From NCBI RefSeq assembly GCF_006345805.1, contig NC_043005.1, positions 71,424,001-71,488,000 of the forward strand: a stretch of 64,000 bases of DNA, written 5' to 3'. The stretch is from Octopus sinensis. Lineage: Eukaryota. Numbering within the stretch: the first letter of the stretch is position 1; each line of letters starts with the position of its first letter. A program made the position numbers and the translations under genes. Below the pieces are notes generated by a model. The model was given only the letters and a program-made list of their open reading frames with translations, did not search any database and had not been told where the DNA came from. Below, in pieces: positions 1-12,300 of the stretch.

Positions 1-640
1 GTGTGGCAGCTGTACAGGTACAATAAACACTAGAAATGTGCAGAAAACAGACCCCTTCAAATGCCAGGGGGATACCTAGAAGTAGTTGATAGCTTCCATT
101 ACCTAGATGACCAAGTCAGCAGCAGAGGTTGGTGCTCCAAGAGCATAGCTGCTAGAATAAGAATGGACTGAGCAAAGTTCAGAGAGCTTCTACTTTTGTT
201 GGTAACCAAGGGCCTCTTCCTCAGAGTGAAAGGAAGATTGTATGCTGTCTGTGTGTTAACAGTCATGCTACACAGCAGTGAAATACGGGCTGTGACCGCT
301 GAGGACATGCATAGGCTTGAAAGAAATGAGGATGGTATGCTGGACGTGCAATGTCAGTGTGCATTCGCGACAGAGTGTAACTGTCCTGAGAGAAAAATTG
401 GGCATAAAAGTCATCATATGTAGTGTGCAAGAGAGACAACTGCACTTACCAAGTGATGCATATGAACAAGGACAGCAGTGTAAAGAAATGCCAACCCCTA
501 ACTTTGGAAGGAACGTGTGGAAGAGGCAGACCTAGAAAGACAAGGTGGTGAAATATGATCTTCGAACATTAGGCCTCACAGAGGTGATGATAAGTGACTG
601 AGACATTTGGCAATATGCCGTGCTTGAGAAGACTCATCAA
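1..640 (+). mobile_element. RTE-clade LINE, decayed 3' ORF fragment (cut by window start)
   Basis: ORF 196-423 (LVTKGLFLRVKGRLYAVCVLTVMLHSSE..AVTAEDM..L.RNE) and following frames match the better-preserved copy at 52320-52790; frameshifted. Confidence 0.85.
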
Positions 641-799
641 GCTAAATGAAATCATAGTCATGACTGATGTTGGTCTCATGTATCAGGTCATTAACAATGA
701 AATGTCCGATTTTGAACTGAAAGTTTATTTTACTTTATCTCAACAAATAGCAATGCAGTTAATCAAAGAATGCATTTAAATTATCAACACAATTTTGCC

Positions 800-1555
800 A
801 TTTTATTGGTAGCTTATTTATGTTGGCAGCGAAGAATTCTAGAGAGCAAGAGATGATGAAATCGTGAAAGGTTGTTTTTACATCTTTTTCAGATTTGAAG
901 TTTTTCCCTTGCAAAAAAGTTGTCTAATGGCTGGAAAAGGTGATAGTCAGTGTAATGTCTGGTGAATATGGTGGATGACAGAGTACTTCCACGTTCAGTT
1001 CCTGTAACTTGAGTAGCATTCTTTTGTGCAACATGTGGTCGAGTATTGTCTTGCAAGAGAATTGGCCTCTCTCTATTGACTAATCTCGGTTGTTTAATTG
1101 CAAGTTCACTCATTATTTCATCCAACTGGTTGATGTATACATCTGCTGTAATTGACCTGCCAAGTCTTATGAAGTTGTAGTAGATGACATCAGCGCCGGA
1201 CCACAAAACAGACACCATTACCTTTTTTGGTGTATATTCTTTCTTGAATTGTGTTTTGGCACTTTGTCTCTATCCAAGCACTGTGTAGAGCACTTACTAT
1301 TGTTAAAAAGAAACCATTTTTCATCGCCCATAACAATACGATGCAAAAATGGTTTGCTTTTATGCCATGACAGCAAAGAACAGCAAATTTCAAGATGACG
1401 TGTCATTTGATGCTTGATCAGTTCATGTGGTATCCACTTACCCAGCTTCTTTACCTTGCCAATTTGTTTCAGATGGTCCAATACAGTTGGAGTCGAAACA
1501 TAAAACCTTGCTGCTAACTCACATGTAGTTTGAGATGTATCTGCTTCCACTACAG
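800..1555 (-). mobile_element. mariner (DD34D) transposase remnant
   Basis: WIPHEL, MGDEKW, LQDNTRPH and TDYHLF correspond to the mariner motifs WVPHEL, TGDEKW, HDNARPH and YSPDLAPSDYHLF; split by frameshifts across ORFs 1218-1550 and 889-1218. Confidence 0.9.
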
Positions 1556-1653
1556 ATTCCAGCTAATCCTTATCCACCTTGGTCTCAGGTGTACCACAGG
1601 GCTGATATACAAGAGAAAACTCGCAATATAATCAGAATTGTATTTTTTTTGTA

Positions 1654-2056
1654 TACTCTTTTACTCTTTTACTCTTTTACTTGTTTCAGTCATTTGACTG
1701 CGGCCATGCTGGAGCACCGCCTTTAGTCGAGCAAATCGACCCCGGGACTTATTCTTTGTAAGCCCAGTACTTATCCTATCGGTCTCTTCTGCCGAACCGC
1801 TAAGTGACGGGGACGTAAACACACCAGCAATGCTAGGGGGACAAACACAGACACACAAACACACACATTCATATATATATATATACATATATATGACAGA
1901 CTTCTTTCAGTTTCCGTCTACCAAATCCACTCACAAGGCTTTAGTCGGCCCGAGGCTATAGTAGAAGACACTTGCTCAAGGTGCCGCGCAGTGGGACTGA
2001 ACCCGGAACCATGTGGTTGGTAAACAAGCTACTTACCACACAGCCACTCCTGCGCC
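1654..2056 (-). mobile_element. SINE family A (tRNA head, CORE-like motif, central TA/CA microsatellite, (GAGTAAAA)n tail), full length
   Basis: Reverse complement of GGCGCAGGAGTGGCTGTGTGGTAAG...GGCACCTTGGGCAAGTG...GACTGAAACAAGTAAAAGAG; more than 20 copies in the window; resembles octopus OR-type SINEs. Confidence 0.9.
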
Positions 2057-2337
2057 TATGATAACAACTTTTATAACTTGGAAATAAATTTTGGGAATAA
2101 TCAAAATTAATTGCAAAATCCAGCGATTATTTTTGGCAATTTTTAATGTGATTTTTTGCAACAAATCTGGTCATCATTAGGAGATGACTCTGGAGGAAGC
2201 AATTGCAATAAATTCTCCAAAATAAGTCAGAGATCTGTTTGCAGCTCTTCTCATTCTTGATCAGTAGCTTAAAGGCTATACACTAGCTCAAGAACTACCC
2301 AATAGGGCAGCATTTAAGCTAATATATATATATGTTG

Positions 2338-2645
2338 AAGTGCAATGGCCCAGTGGTTAGGGCAACGGACTCGCGGTTGTAGGATCGCAGTTTCAATTAC
2401 CAGACCGGGCGTTGTGAGTGTTTATTGAACGAAAACACCTAAAGCTCCACGAGGCTCCACCAGGTGGTGGTGACGATCCCTTCTGTACTCTTTTGCCACA
2501 ACTTTCTCTCACTCTTTCTTCTGTTGGCCTGCTCGCTTAGCCAGCAGGGTGGCATATTTTGAAGGCTAAAACAATGTGAAGCGCATTGTGACCAGCGATG
2601 TGTAGCAACATCTGATAGCCTGGTCGGTCACGGAGATCACGGTGC
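2338..2645 (+). mobile_element. SINE family D (tRNA head TGGCCCAGTGGTTAGGGC...)
   Basis: A-box and B-box-like head shared with 34978-35285 and 45335-45642. Confidence 0.75.
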
Positions 2646-2954
2646 TATATATATGTGTGTGTGTGTATAATATGCATAATGTAATACAAAAGTAGATTAG
2701 TACTATCTGTAATATTTTCCTCAGTGAAACCTCTCTAAAAAGACTTTGTGTGTTAAATCTTCAGTATTTGCTCAGGATAATAATTAAATATTCAGCACTT
2801 GCTCAGCAGATCATCAGATACCAACGTTTTGGCCTGATGTACTCCCTCCCACACTCCTGTGACAAATACACACAGAAATTATCCACAAGGTCAAAACTTC
2901 CATTCTACTATAAAAATAATAGAACAAAACCATACAATGATTTGTACCGGAATT

Positions 2955-3122
2955 AGCTTAAATATATATAAAATGTGTGTGTGTGTATAGATCTTGTAAT
3001 TTAGGTGACTGATAATGTGATATAAATATATATTTATATATATTTATGTATGCATATATAATTACACACACACACACACACATATATATGTGTGTATATG
3101 TATATATATATAATATATATAT

Positions 3123-3161
<39 letters not shown>

Positions 3162-3269
3162 ATTGATATGTATGTATATGTACATATGTATATGAATATA
3201 TATGTGCATACAAATGTGTTATACATACATATATATATATATACACACACATACATACATACACATACA

Positions 3270-3302
<33 letters not shown>

Positions 3303-3855
3303 GTGTGAGTGTGTGTGTATGCATGTATATACCTCTGTGTAAATTTATATGAAGTTTGTGTGTGTTTGTCATTGGAAACATACCAAAGAGGTCTATAATG
3401 CACAGCTGCACAGATGGATGAAAGGAAGTAACTAAGATGAAGGAGTGAGAGTAAAGAAAGAAAGAAAAGTCTGTGACAATGATAAATTGTGCAAGTGATA
3501 ACAAAAGATAATGCTGGTTTTATGCATACATACATGAAACCTATAATCATGCACACACACACACATGCACGCACACACATACACACAAATATAAATGTGT
3601 GTGCAGGTGTGCATAAATGAGGGATAATAATTACTTTATATATTTGTGTGTGTATATATATATATATATATTATAATATATATATATATATATGTGTGTG
3701 TGTAAATATATATACATACATATATATATATATGTATATATATATATACACACATATATATATGTATATATATATATGTATATATGTATATATATATATG
3801 TATGTATATATATATATATTATATATATATAATATATATTATATATATATATATG

Positions 3856-3909
<54 letters not shown>

Positions 3910-3930
3910 TATATATATATGTATATATAT
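2955..3930. repeat. compound (TA)n/(CA)n/(TACA)n microsatellite region
   Basis: Direct reading; source of spurious YIYI/HTHT ORFs. Confidence 0.95.
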
Positions 3931-4742
3931 AATGTATATTGTTGTTTGGGTGATGTTACATACCTGTCCCTTTCTTTATCTAACTAATAAATAAGCAGCT
4001 GAGATGAGTTGGGTTAGAAGGAAGTAGTGATAAAGCTACAATACTCATGATATGCAAATACCCTTACCTCTCGTAATTCTTAGGAGAGAGAGGAAGTGCA
4101 AACCTTACATATTTGGGGTGGAAATATTAGGGTGTCACAGTGCACATCAATGAGGAGGAGATAAAAAGGATGAAAAACAAAATGATTGAAGGAGCAAAAA
4201 AAAAAGGATAAAATGACAGTGTGGGAGAATAAAGAAGACATAAAACAAGTTTTGTTTTGCTTTCACTTCCTAGCAATATATTCAATTTTATCATTACCCT
4301 CTACATTATGATATTTCTGTAAATATATTTTGTTCACATTTGTAATTACATTTTCATCTTTAGAAAATTGAAACAATAGTATATGATATATTCAGAAAGT
4401 ACCAATACTTTCATTATTGAATATACATTACTTTCCTTATTTCCTCAGAAACAATAGAGCCTTATGTCCATTAGTATTGTTTACATTCACAAGAACTACT
4501 GACTTTTCGTGTCCTCATCTTTTGTCTTCCTTTGATACAGTATCTGAAATATCTAGGTTATTGTTTCATTATTTACTGACAATTCTATAAGATTTGATTA
4601 CAAAAAGTATTAAACAGAATCCCCACATAATAATGTAGCATGAAACATTGTTAAATATCCCACTTTTTAGATAACTACCACTAAACTACATGAGGCTGAA
4701 AACTGATTTTTTTATACAACCTTATGAGAAGGATGTCATCTA

Positions 4743-5121
4743 GATGCAAGAGTGGCTGTGTGGTAAGTAGCTTGTTTACCAGCCACATAGTTCCAGGTTC
4801 AGTCCAACTACATGGCGCCTTGGGCAAGTGTCTTCTACTATAGCCTTGGGCCAATCAAAGCCTTGTGAGCGGATTTGATAGAGAGAAATTGAAAGAAGCC
4901 TGTCGTATATATATGTGTGTGTATGTGTCTGTGTTCATCCCCCACCATCGCTTGACAACCGATGTTGGTGTGTTTACATCCCCATAACTTAGCAGTTCGG
5001 CAAAAGAGACTGATAGAATAAGTACTAGGGCTTACAAAGAATAAGTCCTGGGGTCCATTTCTTCAACTAAACGCAGTGCTCCCACATGGCCGCAATCAAA
5101 TGACTGAAACAAATAAAAGAA
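4743..5121 (+). mobile_element. SINE family A, full length
   Basis: GAGTGGCTGTGTGGTAAG head through GACTGAAACAAATAAAAGA tail. Confidence 0.9.
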
Positions 5122-5556
5122 TATATGTAATAGAAAAACGTTGCCTGACCAATGAAATTTAGCAGTGATATATGTGTCAGTTATGAATTTTATTTCATAA
5201 ATTATTTCCAACTTCAAAATGTCAAATGATGATTCAAAGATTTGTACGAGTCATTAAATTCATGAGCAATATCATGAATAATAAAGGTAAGATATTAAAT
5301 CACCAGCAACATTTCCGATAATGAAAACACAAAACAGATATAAATTCGGGATTGTAAAATGTCAGTATTACCTAGAAACCAATATCTCATTATAATGTAT
5401 CCACTGTTTGTTTTATCATATTTAGTAAAAATTAATTTTCAATAGGTTTTAGAATTTGCTGCACAATTTACAATGGAACTTTCAATCAAAACAGACAAAG
5501 TCGACAGAATTAATTTAAAACTAAATATATTCAACTCTGAACATTGATTTACGCAG

Positions 5557-5593
<37 letters not shown>

Positions 5594-5599
5594 GTATAT

Positions 5600-5770
5600 A
5601 CATTCTCACACGTTTTTTTTTTTTTTTACTCTTGATCCTTTCTGTTGAAGAGTGTAGGCTCGAAACATCTAAGACTAATCCATTCTTCCTGAGTATTAAA
5701 CTGATACACCTGCTTGTTATTTCTACACCTCTCTTCATCTTTTGCTTTCTGTAAATTTGAACTATATACA
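5600..5770 (+). mobile_element. solo PLE pseudo-LTR fragment with variant hammerhead motif
   Basis: CTGTTGA-A-GAGT-GTAG-GCTC-GAAAC at 5642-5666 matches the pLTR motif at 58907-58944; followed by a similar T-rich tail (TTCCTGAG..CACCT..TCTTTTG) ending in TATATA. Confidence 0.7.
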
Positions 5771-5990
5771 TACATTCACATGAGTGTGTGTGTATATATA
5801 TACTTATATATATATATCCTGTCACAACCTAGGACCTCAAAGACTGCTATAATGCAAGAAAGTATACTAGTCCCTTAATATTTTATGTATTATATTCATT
5901 ATTTCATCTATTCAATAAGACAATCAATACTTCATTTCATTTTACTATATATATATTATTTATACTATATATTCTATATTCTACATTAAT

Positions 5991-6372
5991 AGGAGTGGCT
6001 GTGTGGTAAGTAGCTTGCTAACCAACCACATGGTTCCGGGTTCAGTCCCACTGCATGGCATCTTGGGCAAGTGTCTTTTGCTATAGCCCCGGGCCAACCA
6101 ATGCCTTGTGAGTGGATTTGGTAGACGGAAACTGAAAGAAGCCTGTCGTATATATGTAAGTGTGTGTGTTTGCGTGTCTGTGTTTGTCTCCCTAGCATTG
6201 CTTGACAACCGATGCTGGTGTGTTTACATCCCCGTCACTTAGCAGTTCGGCAAAAGAGACCAATAGAATAAGTACTGGGCTTACAAAGAATAAGTCCCGG
6301 GGTCGATTTGCTCAACTAAAGGCGGTGCTCCAGCATGACCGCAGTCAAATGACTGAAACAAGTAAAAGAGTA
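5991..6372 (+). mobile_element. SINE family A, full length
   Basis: Head-to-tail match to family A. Confidence 0.9.
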
Positions 6373-6456
6373 ATAAAAATAAAACATAAAAAACAGACAG
6401 AGTTGGAATTTCTTTGAATAATATATATCCCTCTATACACAATCATACAAACCCCT

Positions 6457-6507
<51 letters not shown>

Positions 6508-7094
6508 TACTGATGCTGCCAACACCAACAGTGATGACAACATTGGCAGCAATTAGGATGCAGATGTGACAGATGTCTGTGAACACAACTCTGGAGCTGA
6601 AACCTGTATATTGTAGCATTTATGCCAGAATATAGCATATACAGAAATAAAAAAAAATTGGTTTCAAATGTTGGCACAAGGCCAGCAATTTTGGGCGAGG
6701 AGATAAGTCAGTTACATCAATCCTAGTGATCAACATGTACTTATTTTATCAGCTCCAAAAGAAAGAATGTCAAAGTCGACACCAGCAGAATTTGGATTCA
6801 GAATATAATGACTGCTGAAATGCCACAAGACATATTGCTTAGCATGCTAACAACTCAGCCAGCTCTCTGCATTGAATATGAAAATAAATATTAACATTCC
6901 ATATTTCCTGGTACACAAGCCAACATATTACATAGTGTACACATTCAAATTTCAGCACTACCTTTCCAAATCCTGCTGCTTTTCACATGTTCCAAAGTCA
7001 TCTTGGTATATGAATTAACTTACCTTTATTTGGCTATGAATTTTTATCTGGAAAATTTAACTAGTATGATGGAAAAATACAGCTTTAGCTTTTA

Positions 7095-7558
7095 TCGAAA
7101 TCAAATTCGATGACTGGCATCCGTGCTAGTGGAGCACTAAGAGCACCATCCGAGCATGATCATTGCCAGAGCAGCTGATTGGCTTCTGTACCAGTGGCAT
7201 GTAAAAAGCACCAATCGATTGTGATCGCAACCAGTGTCGCCTTACTGGCACATGAAAAAAATTCGAGCGGGGTTGTTGCCAGTGCTACTGGACTGGCTCC
7301 TGTGCAGGTGGCATGTAAAAAACCCCATTTGAGTGTGGCTGTAGCCAGTACCACCAGACTGGCCCTCATGTAGGTGGCACATAAAAGCACCCACTACACT
7401 CTTGGAGTGGTTGGCGTAAGGAAGGACATCCAGCTGTAGAAATTCTGCTAGATCACATTGGAGCCTGGAGCAGCCATCTGGTTCACCAGACCTCAGTCAA
7501 ATCGTCCAACTCATGCTGGCATGGAAAGCCGACGTTAAACGATGATGATGATGATGAT
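7095..7558 (+). mobile_element. RTE LINE 3' UTR (5'-truncated copy or derived short element) with internal subrepeats and (GAT)n tail
   Basis: Repeated GTGGCA(C/T)GTAAAAAGCACC units, then GGCGTAAGGAAGGACATCCAGCTGTAG...GACGTTAAACGATGATG; the same sequence is contiguous with the RTE ORF at 51770-52320. Confidence 0.8.
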
Positions 7559-8071
7559 ATTGATTCCTAACAATATTTGAAGAAGAAACAACCAACGTTA
7601 TTTCTTCTTTAAGTATAAGTTTGAAAACTGAGTCAATGGAGAGAAGTCACAACTAGATGAAATCTCCAATGTTCAATGCACAATTCACTGATATCCGAGC
7701 AGCTAAAATGTGACAGCAGAAAGACACTTAGAAATATTGACCAGGATGCAGCCCAGCCTCTATAGAGTGTAGGAAGTTAAGACCTGAACCATCTGCCTGA
7801 GTGGGGTTTCTTCTTTGAAGCCTTTCCTACTATTCAAACTCTCTCTTGAGAGTCTCTGACCACTACAACGTCACAGATTTTTGTTGTGGTGGATTATTTT
7901 GACCTTGCTCTTTCAATGTCATTTTATGTTATTGAATTGAGGAGAATGAAAATGATGTTGACTTCTACAAAACTTGAACTCTAACTGTCAAGTGATTTAG
8001 CTATGTTAATTTCTTCCTTCGCTGTTTTTTTTTTTTCCTTAACCAACTTTGTCCCAAACAAGGCTTGAGAC

Positions 8072-8523
8072 AATACAGTTCTATATTTAAGAGATGAGGA
8101 ATTATGAACATTATCTACATTATTTACATTTGATGGATATTTCTCCTCATCTTGTTTGTTGTTAACACAACGTTTCAGCACTGATATACCCTCCAGCCTT
8201 CATGAGGTGTCTTAGGGAACCTGGGTTCTCATTTCTAAGGTATTTTTCAGTGTTATTATTATAACCACTATGCCATATGCCCATGGGCATATGGTGTAGT
8301 GGTTAAGAGTGTGGGCTACTAACCCCATGATTCCGAGTTTGATTCCAGGCAGTAACCTGAATAATAATAATAATAACAACAACAACATCAAAAAGTACCT
8401 TAGGTTCAAAATTTCCCCAAGACACTTGATGAAGGCTGGAGGATATATCAGTGCTGAAACGTTGTGTTAACAACACACAAGATGAGGACAAATATCCGTC
8501 AAATGTAAATAATGTAAATAATG
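8072..8523 (+). mobile_element. tRNA-headed hammerhead-bearing element with inverted upstream copy (fold-back), 12-bp TSD
   Basis: A box TGGTGTAGTGG 8292-8302, B box GAGTTTGATTCC 8335-8346, (AAT)n spacer, HHR motif 8421-8468; 8072-8282 is an inverted partial copy; AAGGCTTGAGAC flanks both sides (8060-8071, 8524-8535). Confidence 0.8.
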
Positions 8524-8774
8524 AAGGCTTGAGACTATTGTAGCTTAGGGGACTTTAGAGAAAGAAAAAAAAGGGACCTAAAAATTCAAGATCCCTTCAA
8601 ACAAGTAAGGCAGGATGTTGCCAAAGTGATGCTCCAGAATGGCAATTCTGCCACCAAAGCTGTCGCTTCACATGCAGACACAATAGGTGGACTGCATGTG
8701 CTGAGCTAAGGCATGCACCTTGAGAGCTGTCCTTCTTGTTTACCCCTGAGTGGTTTCATGTGCTAGTGAAGGCT

Positions 8775-8925
8775 GTGTTGGTGAAGGTCTAATGGTTAGT
8801 ACGTTGCACTCACAATCACAAGATAATGGTTTCAAATCCCAGACTAGTTGTGCATTGTGTTCTTGGGCAAAACACTTTATTTCACATCGCTCTGGTCCAC
8901 TCATCTGGCAAAAATGAGTAACCTT
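8775..8925 (+). mobile_element. decayed tRNA/CORE SINE (family D-like)
   Basis: GGTCTAATGGTTAG head, TTCAAATCCC B box, TCTTGGGCAAAACACTTTATTTCAC core. Confidence 0.6.
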
Positions 8926-9607
8926 GTGCTGGGTTGACATACAAGGGTCAGTTGACGACTCATGGAAATCACCCACATGGAGGTCTTGTGAGCCTCATTT
9001 CACATTCATGAATCAAGAGGAGGAATAGTAAAAACTCTTTCTGTGAATAATGACTAATTCGGGATTGGCTAGTCAGCCATTTTGAAGGTTCATTCATTTA
9101 TCATCATTCAAGTGATGACTTTCTCTGAGTCTACAAATTCACTGAAGAATATATTATTTAAAATATAGATTTTTAGAATTTCACTAAATTGAAAGCTACT
9201 AATCTTAATAAATTGTAACAAAAGTCAGAAAACTAGACTAAATTTGCATATTTTGTTTCATATCGCTTTGCTTCAATTATCTACCTGAATGGTTTTTATT
9301 TATGAATGTATGAAAATGATGTTATTTGATTTCAGTGAGATATTAAAGGTATATCCAGCTGATACAATATATTATTTCAATATAGTATGTCACTTTATTC
9401 TCTTTATCTCAGATGAAATATGAAGCTTCTTGTTTCAATAAGTTGAATTTATTGTGTAAACAAAGTCAATAGACATATAACCACTGCTCTACTTTTTGGT
9501 TTAATAAATGAGAACTTTATTTCAAAGTCTGAATTTGATTCTAAAATATTTACTTCAAGCTTACTAAAATTGAGTTCGATTACAACAGATCATATATGTG
9601 AGTGTGC

Positions 9608-9657
<50 letters not shown>

Positions 9658-10139
9658 GTATGTATACATACATATATATATGTATATATATGTATGTATA
9701 CATACATACAAACACATACACGAATATATATGCCTGTATGTACATATGCATGTACCATATTTTCTGACACACAAGTCCGATTTTTAGACCAAAATTTATA
9801 GTCCCAAAGAAGTACCTAAAGCACCATATTGAATAGTAAAAACTCTTTCTGTGAATCATGACTAATTTGGGATTGGTTGGTCAGCTATGTCGAAGGTTAA
9901 TTCATCATTATTCAGCTGATGAAATTCCATAGGATTTGGAAGGATTTGATTGGTGAAGTGTCAGGATGAAAGAGAGAGAGGACAACAATGGTGAGGATAG
10001 ACAAGATTCCACCTGCCGTCCAATGGCCAATTACTTTCCTTTTCTACTTGTAACTACCGCTGTTGCTCTCTTCTCTTCTTTCCATCAGAGGCACCTCTCA
10101 GTGAATGAATACAATGACAATATAAGCAGTACCCTAGTA

Positions 10140-10310
10140 TGGCCAACCAATGCTGGTGTGTTTACGTCCCTGTAACTTTGTGGTTCAGCAAAAGTGACTG
10201 ATAGAATAAGTACTAGGCTTAGGAAGAATAAGTCCTGGAGGGTCGATTTACTCAACTAAAGGTGGTGCTCCAGCATGGCCATAGAAAAATGACTGAAACA
10301 AATAAAAGAA
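10140..10310 (+). mobile_element. SINE family A, 3' half
   Basis: TGCTGGTGTGTTTACGTCCC...GGTGCTCCAGCATGGCC. Confidence 0.8.
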
Positions 10311-10419
10311 TATCCGTCCAGTGTAAATAATGAAGAGAATATATATAGGAGATAGATAGATAGATAGATATATGTATATATTGGAGATAGATAGATATTT
10401 GTATATATACATATATACG

Positions 10420-10450
<31 letters not shown>

Positions 10451-10451
10451 A

Positions 10452-10628
10452 TCATCATCATCATCATCATCATCGTTTAACGTCCGTTTTCCGTGCTAGC
10501 ACAGATTGGCCGGTTCGACCAGGGTCTGGGAAGCCAGGGGCTGCTCCAGGCTCCAGTCTGATCTGGCAGAGTTTCTACAGCTGGATGCCCTTCCTAACGC
10601 CAACCACTCCGCGAGTGTAGTGGGTGCT
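10452..10628 (-). mobile_element. RTE 3' UTR tail
   Basis: (ATC)n GTTTAACGTCC...GGATGCCCTTCCTAACGCCAACCACTC. Confidence 0.85.
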
Positions 10629-10819
10629 TTTTATATATATATATATATATATACACACAGACACACATACATATATCTATATGTATGTATGTATATGTAT
10701 ATACATAATAAAAATGAAAAGATACGATCCTCAAAATGGCAATGATCGAGTCCATTTGGCATTATGCCATGCTTGAGAAGACCAATCAAGCCAATTAAAA
10801 CTGTAATTGTGGTAGATAC

Positions 10820-11020
10820 CAGTGGCACACAAATGGCATGTAAAAGCAACCATTACACTCTTGGAGTGGTTGGCATTAAGAAGGGCATCCAGCCGTAGAA
10901 ACCATGCCAAAATAGACTGGGGTCTGGTGCAGCCTTCCAGTTTGCAAGCCCTGGTCAAACCATGCAACTCATGCCAGCATGGACAACAGATGTTAAATGA
11001 TGATTGACGATGATGATGAT
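10820..11020 (+). mobile_element. RTE 3' UTR tail
   Basis: GGAGTGGTTGGCATTAAGAAGGGCATCC...GTTAAATGATGA. Confidence 0.8.
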
Positions 11021-11774
11021 TAGGGATATAATGCACTTCATCATTGAGGCTATGAGGAAACTGTAAGAAGCTTCTCAGGCACTCAACTATGAGTCTACCA
11101 CATCTTAATAGTGAAAACAGTTGTAAGCTAATGAAGCTTGTAAGATAATCATTTATTCTCTTGTCATCTCTTTTTTATTATATATATATATACATAAGAG
11201 ATATAAATACATGCAATAGGCTTCTTTCAGTTTCCATATTTCAAATCAAAAGTTAAGTCAGTCCAGTGTCACTTAGTGGAATTGAACCTAAGACCACAAT
11301 GCTTGAAAACAAACTTCATCACCATGCAGCCATGCCAGCACCTGAGCAATTATAATGTCTAAAATTCTCCGGTGAATTAACATGATAATTAAAGCTCATA
11401 TCTTGTGTTTCAATTTACACAATATTGTAATTAGTACCATCTCTTGTAATTATAGTCAGATGTCCTATTTCTGACAATGTACATTTTGATAACATCTTGA
11501 AACTTTTATTTCTAAATAATGAATGTGATATTCTTCTTTTATTCTTTTATTCTCTTACTTGTCTCAGTCATTAGACTGCTGCCATGCTGGGGCACTGCCT
11601 TGAAGAATTTTGGTCCAATAGATTCCCCACCAGTCCTTGTTTTCCTGTTTCTAAGCCTTGTACTTATACTGTCAGTCTCCTTTGACTAACTGCTTAGATA
11701 CTGGGATGTAACACATCAATACCAGTTGTCAATTGGGGGTGGGAGTCAAATACAGACACACACACATTACAAGA

Positions 11775-12045
11775 TAAGGATAAAGACAAAGATCCTTCCT
11801 GAGTCATATAAACTCATAGGGTCAGTTTCAAGGGTTCTGTGGCATATATACTCCCCACCTAAATGGGACACGGATTTTACTCAGTCACGGGTTTTACTCA
11901 TTTTTTTCCCAGCTGAGTGGACTAGAGCAATGGGAAAATGAAGTGTTTAGCTCAAGTGCACAATCCATCATCCAGCTCAGGAATCGAAACCACAATCTTA
12001 TGATCTTGGGCCCAACACCCTAACTCAGCCATGCATCTCCATGAT
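11775..12045 (-). mobile_element. SINE family D-like, nested in a decayed family A copy (about 11540-12225)
   Basis: Reverse tRNA head (GGAATCGAAACCAC) and core; flanked by the 3' and 5' halves of a minus-strand family A SINE. Confidence 0.6.
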
Positions 12046-12300
12046 CACACACACATATTCAACAGGCCTTCTTCCACTTTCCATCTACTAAATACACTCA
12101 AAAAATTTTGGTTAGCCTAAGGCTATAGTAGAAGACACTAATCCGAGTTGCCATGCAGTGGAACTGAACCCAGAGCCTTGGGGTTTAGGAAGCAAGCTTC
12201 TTAACACAAAGCCATGCCTGCACCTTATGTACTTGGTTGTATCGCCAGGTGTTATGACGGTACTTTTTTACAATATAACCATGTAGTAACAACAAACATG

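Noticed and set aside
2815-2860. Minus-strand TGGAGGGAGTACATCAGGCCAAAACGTTGG resembling the HHR helix II/III of the tRNA-headed family
   Set aside because: The core CUGANGA is absent and the flanks do not match the family; too decayed to support.
2958-3987. Many ORFs rich in YI/HT/VC repeats (also near 9.6, 10.4, 13.7, 21.8, 61.1 and 63.3 kb)
   Set aside because: They are translations of (TA)n/(CA)n microsatellites, which lack stops in some frames; not genes.
8285-8355. tRNA-like sequences at SINE heads as real tRNA genes
   Set aside because: Acceptor and T stems do not pair properly and each runs into a SINE body; they are tRNA-derived promoters only.
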